This document shows, piece after piece, positions 46,562 to 56,873 of a stretch of DNA of 64,000 bases (within the stretch, counting starts at the first letter, position 1; each line of letters starts with the position of its first letter). The stretch is from positions 960,001 through 1,024,000 of the forward strand of contig CAVSIV010000001.1 of assembly GCA_963728205.1 (NCBI GenBank), written 5' to 3'. Under the pieces are notes generated by a model that saw only the letters and a program-made list of their open reading frames with translations, searched no databases and was not told the DNA's origin. Made by a program: the position numbers and the translations under genes. This stretch comes from an uncultured Chloroflexia bacterium (GTDB lineage Bacteria; Chloroflexota; Dehalococcoidia; UBA2979).

Positions 46562-48391
46562 TTGAGCGCGGAACAGCTCTTCCATCTCCTCACGGAAATC
46601 CCCTTCCCGGCTATCTTCGTCTATGTCGCCCTGGAGGCGATGCGGCGCCGCTCGCGCGTCAACCTCGACATCGCCGTGTTCTTCGGCGCCGTCGCGCTCA
46701 TCGAGCTCGTGAGCTGGCTCGGCCAGGTCAGGCCGGGAACGCCTCCGCACGTGGTCTCGAGCCTGACCGGCTCGCTGCTCATATCGCTCGCCTACCTGCA
46801 GCTGCGGCTCGTGGACGACTTCGCCGGGGTGCCGCGCCGGTTCATGCGAGCCACGGAGGTGGGGCTCGGCGCCTCGGTGGTCGTGATCTTCGCAGTGAGT
46901 GCCGTCCCCGCGCCGCTGGCGCTGGTGCTGGTCGCGTACTTCCTCGTGCTGCAGGGGTACGTGGTCTTCACCTTCTGGCGCCAGTCGGGGTTCGGGAGCG
47001 GCGTGACGCGTCGACGCCTGCAGGCGGCCGGGATCGGCGGCTCGCTGCTCGGAGCGGTGCTCTTCTTCGCCGGGCTGTCGGCCGCGGCGCCGCGGATCGA
47101 GGGACTCGTGAGCCTGCTGTCGCAGGCGTGCGGGCTGGGGGCGGGCCTGGCCTATGTCGCGGCATTCGCGACACCGCCGCTGCTGCGGCGCGCGTGGCAG
47201 GAGCCGCAGGTGCGCGCGTTCCTCGCGCGCGCCGCGACGCTGTCGGCGCTGCCCAATGTCGCCGGGATCGTCCAGGCGATCGAGCGCAGCGCCTCGGAGT
47301 CGCTGGGCGCGGGCGCCGCCGTCGCGCTCTGGTACCCCGAGGAGGAGGCGCTCCGCGCACCGAGCTGGAACGATGATCCGCAGCAGCCGGTGCTGCTGCC
47401 GGGCCAGTTCGTGACCGGCCACTCCTTCGCCGAGCAGCGCGTCGTCTTCGTGCCGGACGCGGCGGCGGCGTTCCCGGACAATGCCGCGGTGTATCGGCGG
47501 TACAACGTGCGCGCGCTGATCGCGGCCCCGATCACCGCCGGCGACCAGCGACTCGGCGTGCTGATCGTGTTCGCGCCCCGCGCGCCGATCTTCGCGCGCG
47601 AGGACATCGAGCTCGTGCAGCTGCTCGCCGATCAGGCCGCCGTGATCCTGCAGAACCGCGCGCTGATCGACGAGGCGACGCGGCTGCGCGACGAGTTCCT
47701 CGCCGCCGCGGCGCACGACCTGCGCACACCGCTGACCGCGGTGATCGGCCAGGCGCAGCTGCTCGAGCGGCGGGCGCGCCAGCGGCCGGACGCGCCGCCG
47801 GACTTCTCAGGAATCGAGCGGCTGCTCGAAGCGGCCGACCGCCTGCGCGTCCTCGTGGGCGACCTGCTCGACGTCTCGCGCGGCGATATCGGCCGGCTGG
47901 TCGGCGACGGCGAGCCGACCGACCTCGCGGCGCTGGCGCGCGAGGTCTGCGCCCGCGTGGGCGGCGAGGACGCTCGATGCACCGTCGCGGCGGACGGCAC
48001 GGTGACCGCGCACGTCGACGCCGCCCGCGTGACGCAACTGCTGGAGAACCTCGTGAGCAACGCCATGAAGTACAGCCCCGGCGGCGAGCCGGTGGAGGTG
48101 CGCGTGAGCGCGTCCGGCGGCGAGGCGCAGATCGCGGTGCGCGACCGCGGCATCGGCATCGCGCCGGCGGACGTGCCGCACGTGTTCGACCGCTTCCACC
48201 GCGGTGAAAACGCCGACCAGCAGCACTTCCCGGGGCTCGGGCTCGGCCTCTACATCGCGCGCCTGATCGCGGAGCAGCACGGCGGCCGGATCTGGGTCGA
48301 CAGCACGCTCGGAGCCGGCAGCACGTTCTTCGTCGCGCTGCCGGTCGCGCGCGCTGAAGCGCCCGTCTCGGAGCTCGCCCCGGCGGACTAG
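46562..48391 (+). CDS. Multi-TM GAF-domain sensor histidine kinase (orphan)
   Basis: About 7 TMs, GAF (LIAAPI..LADQAA), AHDLRTPL, NLVSNAMKYS, DRGIGI, GLGLGL. Probable TTG start; ORF is open from 46454. Confidence 0.88.
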   Translation: MSAEQLFHLLTEIPFPAIFVYVALEAMRRRSRVNLDIAVFFGAVALIELVSWLGQVRPGTPPHVVSSLTGSLLISLAYLQLRLVDDFAGVPRRFMRATEVGLGASVVVIFAVSAVPAPLALVLVAYFLVLQGYVVFTFWRQSGFGSGVTRRRLQAAGIGGSLLGAVLFFAGLSAAAPRIEGLVSLLSQACGLGAGLAYVAAFATPPLLRRAWQEPQVRAFLARAATLSALPNVAGIVQAIERSASESLGAGAAVALWYPEEEALRAPSWNDDPQQPVLLPGQFVTGHSFAEQRVVFVPDAAAAFPDNAAVYRRYNVRALIAAPITAGDQRLGVLIVFAPRAPIFAREDIELVQLLADQAAVILQNRALIDEATRLRDEFLAAAAHDLRTPLTAVIGQAQLLERRARQRPDAPPDFSGIERLLEAADRLRVLVGDLLDVSRGDIGRLVGDGEPTDLAALAREVCARVGGEDARCTVAADGTVTAHVDAARVTQLLENLVSNAMKYSPGGEPVEVRVSASGGEAQIAVRDRGIGIAPADVPHVFDRFHRGENADQQHFPGLGLGLYIARLIAEQHGGRIWVDSTLGAGSTFFVALPVARAEAPVSELAPAD

Positions 48392-48405
48392 CGCGCGTTC
48401 GCTCG

Positions 48406-48424
48406 CTCTCACGGTTCTCTCACG
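48406..48424 (+). promoter_or_regulatory. 11-bp-spaced direct repeat CTCTCACG-N3-CTCTCACG (response-regulator-type box)
   Basis: Upstream of the DUF1800/DUF1501 operon. Confidence 0.5.
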
Positions 48425-48488
48425 AATCCCGGCTTCACTTCCGATCGCCGCGGCCGCGGGGGCCGCCGGCGGAGCAGAGGACGGCAGC

Positions 48489-50102
48489 GTGGGCGAGCGC
48501 ACACCGGAACCGGACCAGCCGCGCCGCCGTCGCGGCGTCAGCCGCCGGCGGTTCCTGGGCGCCGGTGCCGCCGCGACGGCCGGCGGCGTCGCGCTCGCCG
48601 GCGCGGCCGCGGCGATCGGCCTGCGCGGCGGGGGCGCCGCGCCCGATGTCGGCGCGTCGCCCCCGCCCGCCGCGTCGCCCGCGCCCGCGACGGCTGCCGC
48701 CGGCGGCCCGGCCGCGATCGGCGGCGCCGCCGTGCAGGTCGCCCCCGGCGCCGGCGTCGCGCCGGCCGATCGCCGCACGCGCGTCCAGCACCTGCTGCGC
48801 CGCGCCGGCTTCGCGCCCAACCACGACGAGGTCGACCGCGCACTGCAGCTCGGCGACGCCGAGCTCGTCGACGCGCTCATCAACGCCGACACCGCGCCGG
48901 AGAACCTCAGCACGCAGCTCACGACCTTCGCGCCGGCGGACGGGGCGCAGCGGAAGCCGGTCGAGCTCGTCGCGTGGTGGCTCGGCTGCATGACTGCCAC
49001 CGCGCGCCCGGCGCTGGAGAAGACGACGTTCTTCTGGCACGGCTTCCACACGAGCGGTTTCGACAAGCTCGGCGCGCGCGGCACGCCCCAGCTCTACGCG
49101 CAGAACGTCTTCCAGCGCGAGCACGCCTTCGGCCGCTTCGCCGACATCCTCAAGGGCATCTCGCGGCAGCCTGCGATGATGATCTACCTCGACACGATCC
49201 AGAACCTGAAGGCGCACGCGAACGAGAACTTCGGGCGCGAGCTCATGGAGCTGTTCTCGCTCGGCGTCGGCAACTACACGGAGGTCGACGTGCGCGAGGT
49301 GTCGCGCGCGTTCACCGGCTACAGCCTCGACCGCGCGCGCGAGTTCGTGTTGCGGCCGCGCCAGCACGACGACGGCACGAAGACCGTGCTCGGCCACACC
49401 GGCGACTTCAGCGGCGACGACGTGATCGACATTATCGTCGCGCAGCCGGCGGCGGCGACCTTCGTCGCAGGCAAGGTGTGGAGCGCGTTCGCGTACCCCA
49501 ACCCGGACGCGGCGACCATCGAGCCGGTGGCGCGCACGTTCGCGGACACCGGCGGCGACATGCGCGAAGTGTTTCGCGCGGTGTTCTCGCACCCGGAGTT
49601 CGGCGGCGCGCGCGCGTACCGCGCGCTGGTGAAGGGCCCGGTGGAGTTCGCGGTGGGCGCGGTGCGGCAGCTGGGCGCGACCGTCGACCCGCGGCTGATC
49701 GCCGCGCAGCTGAACGCGATGGGGCAGGTTCCGTTCAACCCGCCGAACGTCGCGGGCTGGCCCGGCGGCGAGTCGTGGATGGGCAGCGGCGCGTTCCTCG
49801 CCGGCATCAACGGCGTCGACGGCGTGCTCTTCGGCACGCGTGGCGCAGCGGGCGGCTTCGACGCCGCGCGGTACCTCGACGACCGCCGGATCGCGACGGC
49901 GGGGCAGCTGGTCGACGACCTGCTGCTGCTGCTCGTGGACGGCGCGGTGTCGCCGGCGCAGCGCGCGACGCTGATCGACTACGCGTCGGCCGGCGGCGAC
50001 GAGGACACGTCGCTGTCGAGCCTGCGCGCCGCGGACCGCGACTCGCGCGTGCGCGGCACCGCGTACCTGTTGATGGCGGGGCCCGAGTACCACCTCGCGT
50101 GA
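48489..50102 (+). CDS. DUF1800 family protein with Tat-like signal
   Basis: SRRRFLG, HLLRRAGF, FFWHG, PAMMIYLD, NENFGRELMELFSLG, PPNVAGW. Confidence 0.9.
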   Translation: MGERTPEPDQPRRRRGVSRRRFLGAGAAATAGGVALAGAAAAIGLRGGGAAPDVGASPPPAASPAPATAAAGGPAAIGGAAVQVAPGAGVAPADRRTRVQHLLRRAGFAPNHDEVDRALQLGDAELVDALINADTAPENLSTQLTTFAPADGAQRKPVELVAWWLGCMTATARPALEKTTFFWHGFHTSGFDKLGARGTPQLYAQNVFQREHAFGRFADILKGISRQPAMMIYLDTIQNLKAHANENFGRELMELFSLGVGNYTEVDVREVSRAFTGYSLDRAREFVLRPRQHDDGTKTVLGHTGDFSGDDVIDIIVAQPAAATFVAGKVWSAFAYPNPDAATIEPVARTFADTGGDMREVFRAVFSHPEFGGARAYRALVKGPVEFAVGAVRQLGATVDPRLIAAQLNAMGQVPFNPPNVAGWPGGESWMGSGAFLAGINGVDGVLFGTRGAAGGFDAARYLDDRRIATAGQLVDDLLLLLVDGAVSPAQRATLIDYASAGGDEDTSLSSLRAADRDSRVRGTAYLLMAGPEYHLA

Positions 50103-50143
50103 GCGGAGGTGGCGGCGGGCGCGGCGGAGAGCGGAGGACGGCG

Positions 50144-51406
50144 ATGGCGACGGACGGGACGGCGCCGGCGATGTACACGCGGCGGCAGTTCGTGGCGAAG
50201 GGGACGGCGCTCGTGGCGATGGGCGCCGCCGTGCCCGGCGTCTTCGGGCGCGCGATCGCGGAGGGCGTGCTCGACGGCGTGAGCTCGGCCGAGGCGCCGG
50301 GCCGCACGTTGATCCTCGTGCAGCTCGCCGGCGGGAACGACGGCCTCAACACGCTGATCCCCTACGCGGACCCGGGGTACCAGGCGGCGCGCCCGGAGAT
50401 CCGCGTCGCGGAGGAAGACGTCGTGAAGCTCGACGCCGGCCTCGGGCTGCACCCGAGGCTCGCGCCGCTCGCGCCGTTCTGGCAGTCCGGCGAGCTGGCC
50501 GTCGTGCAGGGCGTCGGCTACCCAAACCCGAACCTCTCGCACTTCACGTCGATGCACGTGTGGCAGACCGCGAGCCCCGACGGCAAGGAGCTCGGCGGGT
50601 GGCTGGGGCGGTACCTCGACGGCCTCGAGGCGCAGCAGCACGACCCGTTCCTCGGCTTCAACGTGGGGACGCGCGTGTCCCCCGAGCTGACGACGGGCGC
50701 CACGCCGGTGCTGTCGGTGGCGAACGCCGACGCCTATCGGCCGCGCTTCAGCGGCGGCGGGGCCGACGCGCCGCAGCGCGAGCAGGCCCTGCTCAAGCTC
50801 TACGAGTCGTATCCGCGGTCGGCGCCGTACGCGGCGCTGCTCGAGACGAGCGCGGACGACGCGATGCAGACGTCGCAGACGCTGCAGTCGCTCGCGCGCT
50901 CGTACACGCCGGCGGTGACCTACCCGAAGAGCTCGTTCGCATCGGGGCTGCAGCTGCTGGCCGCCGTGATCGCGTCGGGCCAGCCGCTGCGGGTCGGGCA
51001 CGTCACGCTGGGCGGGTTCGACACGCACGCGAAGGAGGACCCCACGCACGACGCGCTGCTGCAGACGCTTGCCGAGGGGCTGGCCGCCTTCTACCGCGAC
51101 CTGGACGCGCACCACGTCGCGGACGGCGTGCTGGTGATGACGTGGAGCGAGTTCGGGCGACGCGTCGCGGAGAACGCCTCGGGCGGGACCGACCACGGCA
51201 CGGCCGCGCCGCTGTTCGTGCTCGGCAAGCCGGTGCGCGGCGGGCTCTACGGCGACACCGTGTCGCTGTCGCAGCTGGACGACAACCGCAACCTCCGCTT
51301 CACCACCGACTTCCGCAGCGTCTACGCGACGGTGATGAGCGACTGGCTGCAGACCGACCCGGCGCAGGTGCTCGGTGGCACCTTCCCCACGCTGGGCTTC
51401 GTGTGA
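50144..51406 (+). CDS. DUF1501 family protein with Tat-like signal
   Basis: TRRQFV, QLAGGNDGLN, LSHF, GGFDTH, SEFGRR, GTDHG, DFRSVY. Confidence 0.92.
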   Translation: MATDGTAPAMYTRRQFVAKGTALVAMGAAVPGVFGRAIAEGVLDGVSSAEAPGRTLILVQLAGGNDGLNTLIPYADPGYQAARPEIRVAEEDVVKLDAGLGLHPRLAPLAPFWQSGELAVVQGVGYPNPNLSHFTSMHVWQTASPDGKELGGWLGRYLDGLEAQQHDPFLGFNVGTRVSPELTTGATPVLSVANADAYRPRFSGGGADAPQREQALLKLYESYPRSAPYAALLETSADDAMQTSQTLQSLARSYTPAVTYPKSSFASGLQLLAAVIASGQPLRVGHVTLGGFDTHAKEDPTHDALLQTLAEGLAAFYRDLDAHHVADGVLVMTWSEFGRRVAENASGGTDHGTAAPLFVLGKPVRGGLYGDTVSLSQLDDNRNLRFTTDFRSVYATVMSDWLQTDPAQVLGGTFPTLGFV

Positions 51407-51415
51407 GCAGGTCCG

Positions 51416-51448
51416 AGTCAGGCGGCGGCAGCATGCCGCCGCCTGACT
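51416..51448. terminator. Perfect 15-bp hairpin between convergent genes (related to family A)
   Basis: agtcaggcggcggca-gca-tgccgccgcctgact; no U-tract. Confidence 0.6.
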
Positions 51449-51476
51449 GGGGCTCGGCTGGGCGAGCGGGCGCCGG

Positions 51477-52109
51477 CTACTCCTCGCGGCCGACGAGCAC
51501 GCGCGCCGGGGCGCCGTCGGCGCCGGGGATGAGCAGCGGGAGGCAGAGAAGCGTGCACGGCCCGGACGGCACGCCGCGCAGGTCGAGCCCCTCGAGGATC
51601 ACGATGCCGGCGCGCAGCAGGCTCTCGTGCACCGGCGCGGGGTTGTGCGCCGGCGACACCGACAGGTAGTCGATGCCGACCAGCCGGATGCCGCGCTCGA
51701 TCAGGCACTCCGCGCAGTCGTCCGTGATCGAAACGAAGTTCGGGTCGAACGCCGGCGCGTCCCACAGCCGCGAGTTGTTCGTCTTGAGGATCAGGCGCTC
51801 GCATCCGTCCGGGATGTCGAGCGCCTCGACTGCGGCGGCGTCGAGGTGAAGCGACGTGCCCTGCGCGTCGGCGATGTACGCGTCGCCGACCAGCACGTCG
51901 AGGGCCAGGCTCTCGACGCCGGGCCCGTCCGGGACGACGTGTGCGGGCGCGTCGACATGCGTCCCGCTGTGGGCGCTCATGTTGAGGTGACTGAGGTTGA
52001 AGGAGCCGTCGGGGCCGCGCTCGCCGGAGCGGTGCACGTGGACGGGCGGGTCGCCCGGGAACACCACCATGCCCTCGCGGATCGGAACCGTCGCGTCGTA
52101 CCAGCGCAT
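51477..52109 (-). CDS. Cyclase family metal-dependent hydrolase (KynB-like)
   Basis: HSGTHVDAPAH, VGIDYLS, ILEGL, GAPAR. Confidence 0.92.
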   Translation of the reverse strand: MRWYDATVPIREGMVVFPGDPPVHVHRSGERGPDGSFNLSHLNMSAHSGTHVDAPAHVVPDGPGVESLALDVLVGDAYIADAQGTSLHLDAAAVEALDIPDGCERLILKTNNSRLWDAPAFDPNFVSITDDCAECLIERGIRLVGIDYLSVSPAHNPAPVHESLLRAGIVILEGLDLRGVPSGPCTLLCLPLLIPGADGAPARVLVGREE

Positions 52110-52206
52110 CGCGCCACCCTCGCTGCGCGCACGCGTCCCGGGCCGCCACGGACGCGTACGGTGCCGAACACAGACTAGCGCGCTCGGGCCGCACGGTCGC
52201 CCGCCG

Positions 52207-53688
52207 CTAGTCGCCGCCGTTCGAGCCCACGGGCGCGGCGCCGGCGGCACCGACGGGCGGGGGTGCCGCCGGCGTGCCGCGTTCGATGACGTCGCCGCGG
52301 TCCGGGATCATGAAGACGATCGGGATCACGGCCAGCGTCAGCACCGCGAGCACGATGAAGATGTGCTGCATGCCGACCGCCTTGTCGGGCGAGTAGCTGA
52401 GCGCGACGACGATCCCCGCCGTTCCGAGCACGCCGCCGGTCGAGCGGAACATCCCGCGCAGCCCCGCGACGGCGGCGACCTTCTCCGGCACGAGGTCGAG
52501 CGCGGCGTTGTTCGCCGCCGGGCCTCCGATGCCCATCCCGATGCCGGCGATCATCATGAAGCCGGCGATCAGCACGATGTTCGGCACGGCCACGCCGAGC
52601 AGCGTGACGTCGTGGAAGCCGCGGCTGAGCAGGAAGAGGCTCACCGTGATCAGCACGGCGCCCAGCACCATCGGGCGGCGGTAGCCGAAGCGCACGAGCA
52701 GGAAGCTCGACACCGTCGACATCACCGCCATCGACATCGAGCGCGGCGTCAGGATCGCGCCGTCCTGGCCGGCGGACATCCCGTAGCCCACCGTCGCGTA
52801 GTAGGGGATGAACGAGAACATGCCGAAGACCGCCGCGCCGTACAGGAAGTTGTAGAGGTTCGCCGCGAAGAACGGGCGCCACTTCAGCAGCTCGATCTCC
52901 ACCATCGGTGCCGGCGTGCGCGACTCGTGCCGCAGGAACCACCCGATGAGCGTGGCGCCGACGGCGAGCGACAGCCACAGCGAGGGCGACCGCAGCGCGT
53001 CCGGGTTCTGGGCCCATGCCGTGAGCGCGTAGAGGAAGCCGAGCATGCCGCCGGCGAACAGACCGGCGCCGACCAGGTCGACGCGACGGCGGCCGACCGC
53101 GGCGCCGGCGGTGCTCTCGCTCGCGCCCGGGAGGATCGCCATCCCGAGCACCACGAGCGCGATCCCGATCGGCACGTTCACGTAGAAGATCCACCGCCAC
53201 GAGAAGCTGTCGATGATGAACCCGCCGATGTTCGGGCCGAGGATGCCGCCGAGCGGGAAGACGCTCGTGAACAGCCCGATCGCCGTCGCGCGCCGGTTGC
53301 CGAAGGCGTCGCTGACGATGCCCGTCGCCGACGGCAGGAACGCGCCGCCCCCGACCGCCTGCAGGACGCGGAAGACGATCAGGAAGTAGATGTTGGGCGA
53401 CAGGCCGGCGGCCATCGAGCTGAGGGTGAAGAGCACGACCGCGCCGAGAAACAACCGCTTGCGGCCCCAGTCGTCACTGAGCTTGCCGGCGAGCGGCATG
53501 ATGATCGTCGACGTGAGCTGATAGCCGGTGAGCGTCCAGCCGATCAGCGCGAGGTTCGTCTTCAGGTCGACGAGCAGCGTCGGCACGGCGACCGCGACGA
53601 TGGTCGTGTCCAGCGACGACATCAGCAGCGCGAGCGCGGTGACCGCGAAGATCGCGTAGGCGCGGGACGACGGGCCCTCCGTCGGCAT
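52207..53688 (-). CDS. MFS transporter, DHA2 (EmrB/QacA-like)
   Basis: LDTTIVAVA, GKLSDDWGRKR, WRWIFYVNVPIG; about 14 TMs. Confidence 0.92.
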   Translation of the reverse strand: MPTEGPSSRAYAIFAVTALALLMSSLDTTIVAVAVPTLLVDLKTNLALIGWTLTGYQLTSTIIMPLAGKLSDDWGRKRLFLGAVVLFTLSSMAAGLSPNIYFLIVFRVLQAVGGGAFLPSATGIVSDAFGNRRATAIGLFTSVFPLGGILGPNIGGFIIDSFSWRWIFYVNVPIGIALVVLGMAILPGASESTAGAAVGRRRVDLVGAGLFAGGMLGFLYALTAWAQNPDALRSPSLWLSLAVGATLIGWFLRHESRTPAPMVEIELLKWRPFFAANLYNFLYGAAVFGMFSFIPYYATVGYGMSAGQDGAILTPRSMSMAVMSTVSSFLLVRFGYRRPMVLGAVLITVSLFLLSRGFHDVTLLGVAVPNIVLIAGFMMIAGIGMGIGGPAANNAALDLVPEKVAAVAGLRGMFRSTGGVLGTAGIVVALSYSPDKAVGMQHIFIVLAVLTLAVIPIVFMIPDRGDVIERGTPAAPPPVGAAGAAPVGSNGGD

Positions 53689-54045
53689 CGCGCGCCTCAG
53701 AATCCGGCCGGTGCCGCGACGTGCGCGGCCGCGGCGGCGCGCGGCCGCCGCGCGCGGGGATGCGTGGAGACGAACGACCGTGCGGCCGCGGCGGCTGTGC
53801 AACGCTGGGTTCCCGGCGCCGGGGCGGCGCTCTGCGCGCGCCTGGCTGCTGCGACCACCTGGGTGACTCGCGGCGTTTCCGGTGCCCGACGTCAGGGCTG
53901 CTGAGCGTCGTGGTGCGGAACGCTTACGTGCACGTGATTGTCTCGCACGGCGGCCCTGATGGTAAGAGCCATGACGATTATTTCATGTTTCCCGCGCACG
54001 TCCGCGCGGCGCGTTTAGGCACGCCGCGTACAGCGGCCGCCTCTC

Positions 54046-54149
54046 GCCGGCCAAAGCGGCGGCAGACATGCCGCCGACAGGACGCGGACGCAGTCCGCGG
54101 CTGGCGCTGCGCTGCTGTCGGCGGCATCTCTGCCGCCGCTGTGGCCGGC
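54046..54149. repeat. Palindromic intergenic repeat, family A
   Basis: agcggcggcagacatgccgccgacag...ctgtcggcggcatctctgccgccgct; inner cgcggacgcagtccgcgg as in the 7.4 kb copy. Confidence 0.85.
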
Positions 54150-54178
54150 CGGCGAGTCGTCAGGCCGTCCGCGCCCCC

Positions 54179-55549
54179 TCAGCGACCGACCGGCGTCGCG
54201 GTGGCGGTCGCGGAGGCCGCGGCAGTCCCGGTCGGCGTCGGCGTGCTCGTCGGGGGTGCCGGGACGACGCCGGGCTGCAGGACATCGAGGGCCGCCCGCA
54301 GCTGGGCGTCGGTCGACGCGGCGATGGCGTCCGCCGACATGTCGTGCTCCTCGAGCGGCGTGAGCGGGCGGCCGTTTGCGGGCAGGTCCACGATCACATC
54401 GGGCTCGATGCCGACCTTCCAGAACGTGTTTCCATTCGGCGTGAGCCATTCCTCGGTCCCGAGCAGGACCTCGGAGCCGTCGCTCAGCGTGTAACTCGAG
54501 AGCACCGTGCCGGTCCCGAACGTCTTCGTCCCTACGATCTGCGCACGGTCGTGATCGCGCAGCGCGCCCGCCGTGACCTCGGATGCGCTGGCGGTGCCCT
54601 CGTTGACGAGCACCACGACCGGGATCTGCAGCGCGACGCCGCCCTTCTTCAGCGCGACCGGCTTGCGCTTGCCGCTGGCATCCTGCTCGAGCAGGGCGTT
54701 TCCCTCGGAGACGAACTGGCTGGCCACGCCGACCGCCTCGCTGAGCAGGCCGCCCGGATCGTTGCGCAGGTCGAGCACCACGCCGGTCGCTCCCTGCCCC
54801 TCGGCGGCGCGGAGCGCGGTCACGAGCTGGTCGGTCGCGTGATCGCCGAACGAGCTGATGAGCACGTGCGCGATCGTCGTCCCCGGCACCAGCGTCCAGG
54901 TCACGAGCGGGAACGACACCTCCTCCCGCACAATCGTCACCGGCCTCAGGCTCGAGTCGCCCGGGTGCACGACCGTGAGCGTGACGCTCGTGCCCGGCGT
55001 GCCGCGCACGAGGTTCACCACCTGGTCGATCGTGAGGCCCGCCGTCAGCTGCCCGTCGACCGCGTGGATGACGTCGCCGGGGCGGATGCCGGCGCGCTCG
55101 GCCGGCGAGTCGGGGAGCGGCGCCACGATCACCGGCACGCCGCCGCGCATCTGCACTTCCGCGCCGATCCCCTGGATGCTGCCGGAGAGCGCCTGCTGCT
55201 CGGCGCGGGCCTCGTCGGGTGTGAGGAAGCGCGTGTGACCGACGTCGCCGAGCGACTGCAGCATGCCGCCGATCGCACCGTAGGTGAGGGACTGCGGGTC
55301 AATCGCGAACTGGTCGACGTAATGCTCCTGGACCAGCCTCCACGCCTCCCAGAACGGGGAGAAGGTCGCCGAGATGCTGGCGGGTTCGGAGGCGGTCTGA
55401 TGACCGGGGATAAGGCCGGCGCGGTCGGCGAGCGCGCCCGAGGCGAAGCTGCCGCCGACGAGCACGAGCAGCACCACGGCGAGGATCAGCGTGGTCAGCC
55501 AGGGACGCACGCGCCCGGGCGTGCGCGGCGGCGCGGGGGATTCGCTCAC
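54179..55549 (-). CDS. ctpA: S41A carboxyl-terminal processing protease
   Basis: N-terminal TM, PDZ (GIG, SPAERAGI), DLRNDPGG, TASASE. The usual TFGKG reads TFGTG. Confidence 0.9.
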   Translation of the reverse strand: MSESPAPPRTPGRVRPWLTTLILAVVLLVLVGGSFASGALADRAGLIPGHQTASEPASISATFSPFWEAWRLVQEHYVDQFAIDPQSLTYGAIGGMLQSLGDVGHTRFLTPDEARAEQQALSGSIQGIGAEVQMRGGVPVIVAPLPDSPAERAGIRPGDVIHAVDGQLTAGLTIDQVVNLVRGTPGTSVTLTVVHPGDSSLRPVTIVREEVSFPLVTWTLVPGTTIAHVLISSFGDHATDQLVTALRAAEGQGATGVVLDLRNDPGGLLSEAVGVASQFVSEGNALLEQDASGKRKPVALKKGGVALQIPVVVLVNEGTASASEVTAGALRDHDRAQIVGTKTFGTGTVLSSYTLSDGSEVLLGTEEWLTPNGNTFWKVGIEPDVIVDLPANGRPLTPLEEHDMSADAIAASTDAQLRAALDVLQPGVVPAPPTSTPTPTGTAAASATATATPVGR

Positions 55550-55634
55550 GGGACATCTCTTCCCAGCTGCGTCTGCGACATCGGGTGGGAGCGGGTGAGC
55601 GGAGGTGCGGTCCGGGACGTCGCCGTGCGAGCGG

Positions 55635-56873
55635 TCACGCGGTCGCCACGTTGGGGCCGCCGTCGTGGGCCGCCTCGGCGGGGTGCGTGAGCGCGGTCGC
55701 GTCGCCGGCGTCGGGCGTCTCGAGGGCGACCGAGGCGGCGGCCGCGGCGCGAATGGTCCGCGCGGCGAGCTGCTGTTGGCGCAGGTAGTCGATGATCGTT
55801 GCCGCGACGGCGGTGACCGGAACGGCGAGCGCCGCGCCGACGACGCCGGCGATGGCGCCGCCGGTCGCGAGCGCGATCAGCACGCCGGCGGGCTCGAGCC
55901 GCACGGCGCGCGCCAGCACGAGCGGGCCGACCAGGTACGCTTCGAGGTTATGCACGAGGATTGTCAGCAGCACCACGAGCAGCGCCGTGATCGGCCCGTC
56001 GGCGGCGAGCGCCACCATCGCCGCCATCGCGCCGGCGACGAACGCGCCCACGATCGGGAAGAACCCGCCGATCGCGGTGACCATCGCGATCGGCAGCACG
56101 GCCGGCACGCCGAGCAGGAGCAGCCCGACGCCCATCACCACGGCGTTGACGCCGCCGTTGATCGCCGTCCCCCGCACATAGCCGCTCAGCGTTGCCCAGA
56201 TGCGGTGCCGCAGCGCCCGGGCGTGCGGCCGCGACGACTCGTCGAGCAGCCCGATCGCGTCCTCGACCAGCTGCTCGCCGTCCTTCACGAAGAAGAACGC
56301 AAGCACGATGGTCAGCACCACCGAGATCGTGACCTCGATGGCGATCGTCGCGCTGTTCAGCGCTCCGTGGATGATGCCGCCGCTGTTCGAGGTGAACTCC
56401 GAGCGCAGCGTCGTCACGTACTGGTCGACGTCCGACGGCGACAGGTGCAGCGGCCCGTCGACGAGCCACTGCTGGATCTGGGTCACGCTGCTGTCCAGCG
56501 CGTGACCCAGCTGCGTGGCCTGGCTGGCGACCGCCGGCACGAGGTAGGCGATGGCGAGCGCGACGAGCCCGACGGCGACGACGAAGGTGAGGACCGTGGC
56601 GGGGAACGGACGCAGGCCGTGGCGGCCGAGCCACTGCTTCGGGGGCGCGAGGATCGCGGCGATCAGCAGCGCCGCCGCGATCGGGACGAGGACGACGCGC
56701 AGCCGCCCGAACACCACGAGCACGACGAACGTCGCGCCGGCGAGCATGAGGAAGCGCCACGCGAGCGCCGCCGCGAACGCGAGCCAGCCGGGGACGCCGG
56801 CGGGGCCGCGTTCGTCGACCGCCGCCGGACGCCTGGGGTCTCGGTCGGCGGAGGGGGCGTCGGAAGAGGTCAT
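55635..56873 (-). CDS. AI-2E family transporter
   Basis: FFFVKDG, GYVRG, FFPIVGA, LEAYLVGP, GAALAVP. Confidence 0.9.
   Translation of the reverse strand: MTSSDAPSADRDPRRPAAVDERGPAGVPGWLAFAAALAWRFLMLAGATFVVLVVFGRLRVVLVPIAAALLIAAILAPPKQWLGRHGLRPFPATVLTFVVAVGLVALAIAYLVPAVASQATQLGHALDSSVTQIQQWLVDGPLHLSPSDVDQYVTTLRSEFTSNSGGIIHGALNSATIAIEVTISVVLTIVLAFFFVKDGEQLVEDAIGLLDESSRPHARALRHRIWATLSGYVRGTAINGGVNAVVMGVGLLLLGVPAVLPIAMVTAIGGFFPIVGAFVAGAMAAMVALAADGPITALLVVLLTILVHNLEAYLVGPLVLARAVRLEPAGVLIALATGGAIAGVVGAALAVPVTAVAATIIDYLRQQQLAARTIRAAAAASVALETPDAGDATALTHPAEAAHDGGPNVATA

Noticed and set aside
53700-54040. Small leader ORF or sRNA upstream of the MFS gene
   Set aside because: Only a 26-codon minus-strand ORF without a clear RBS or motif; the AT-rich patch is more simply a promoter.
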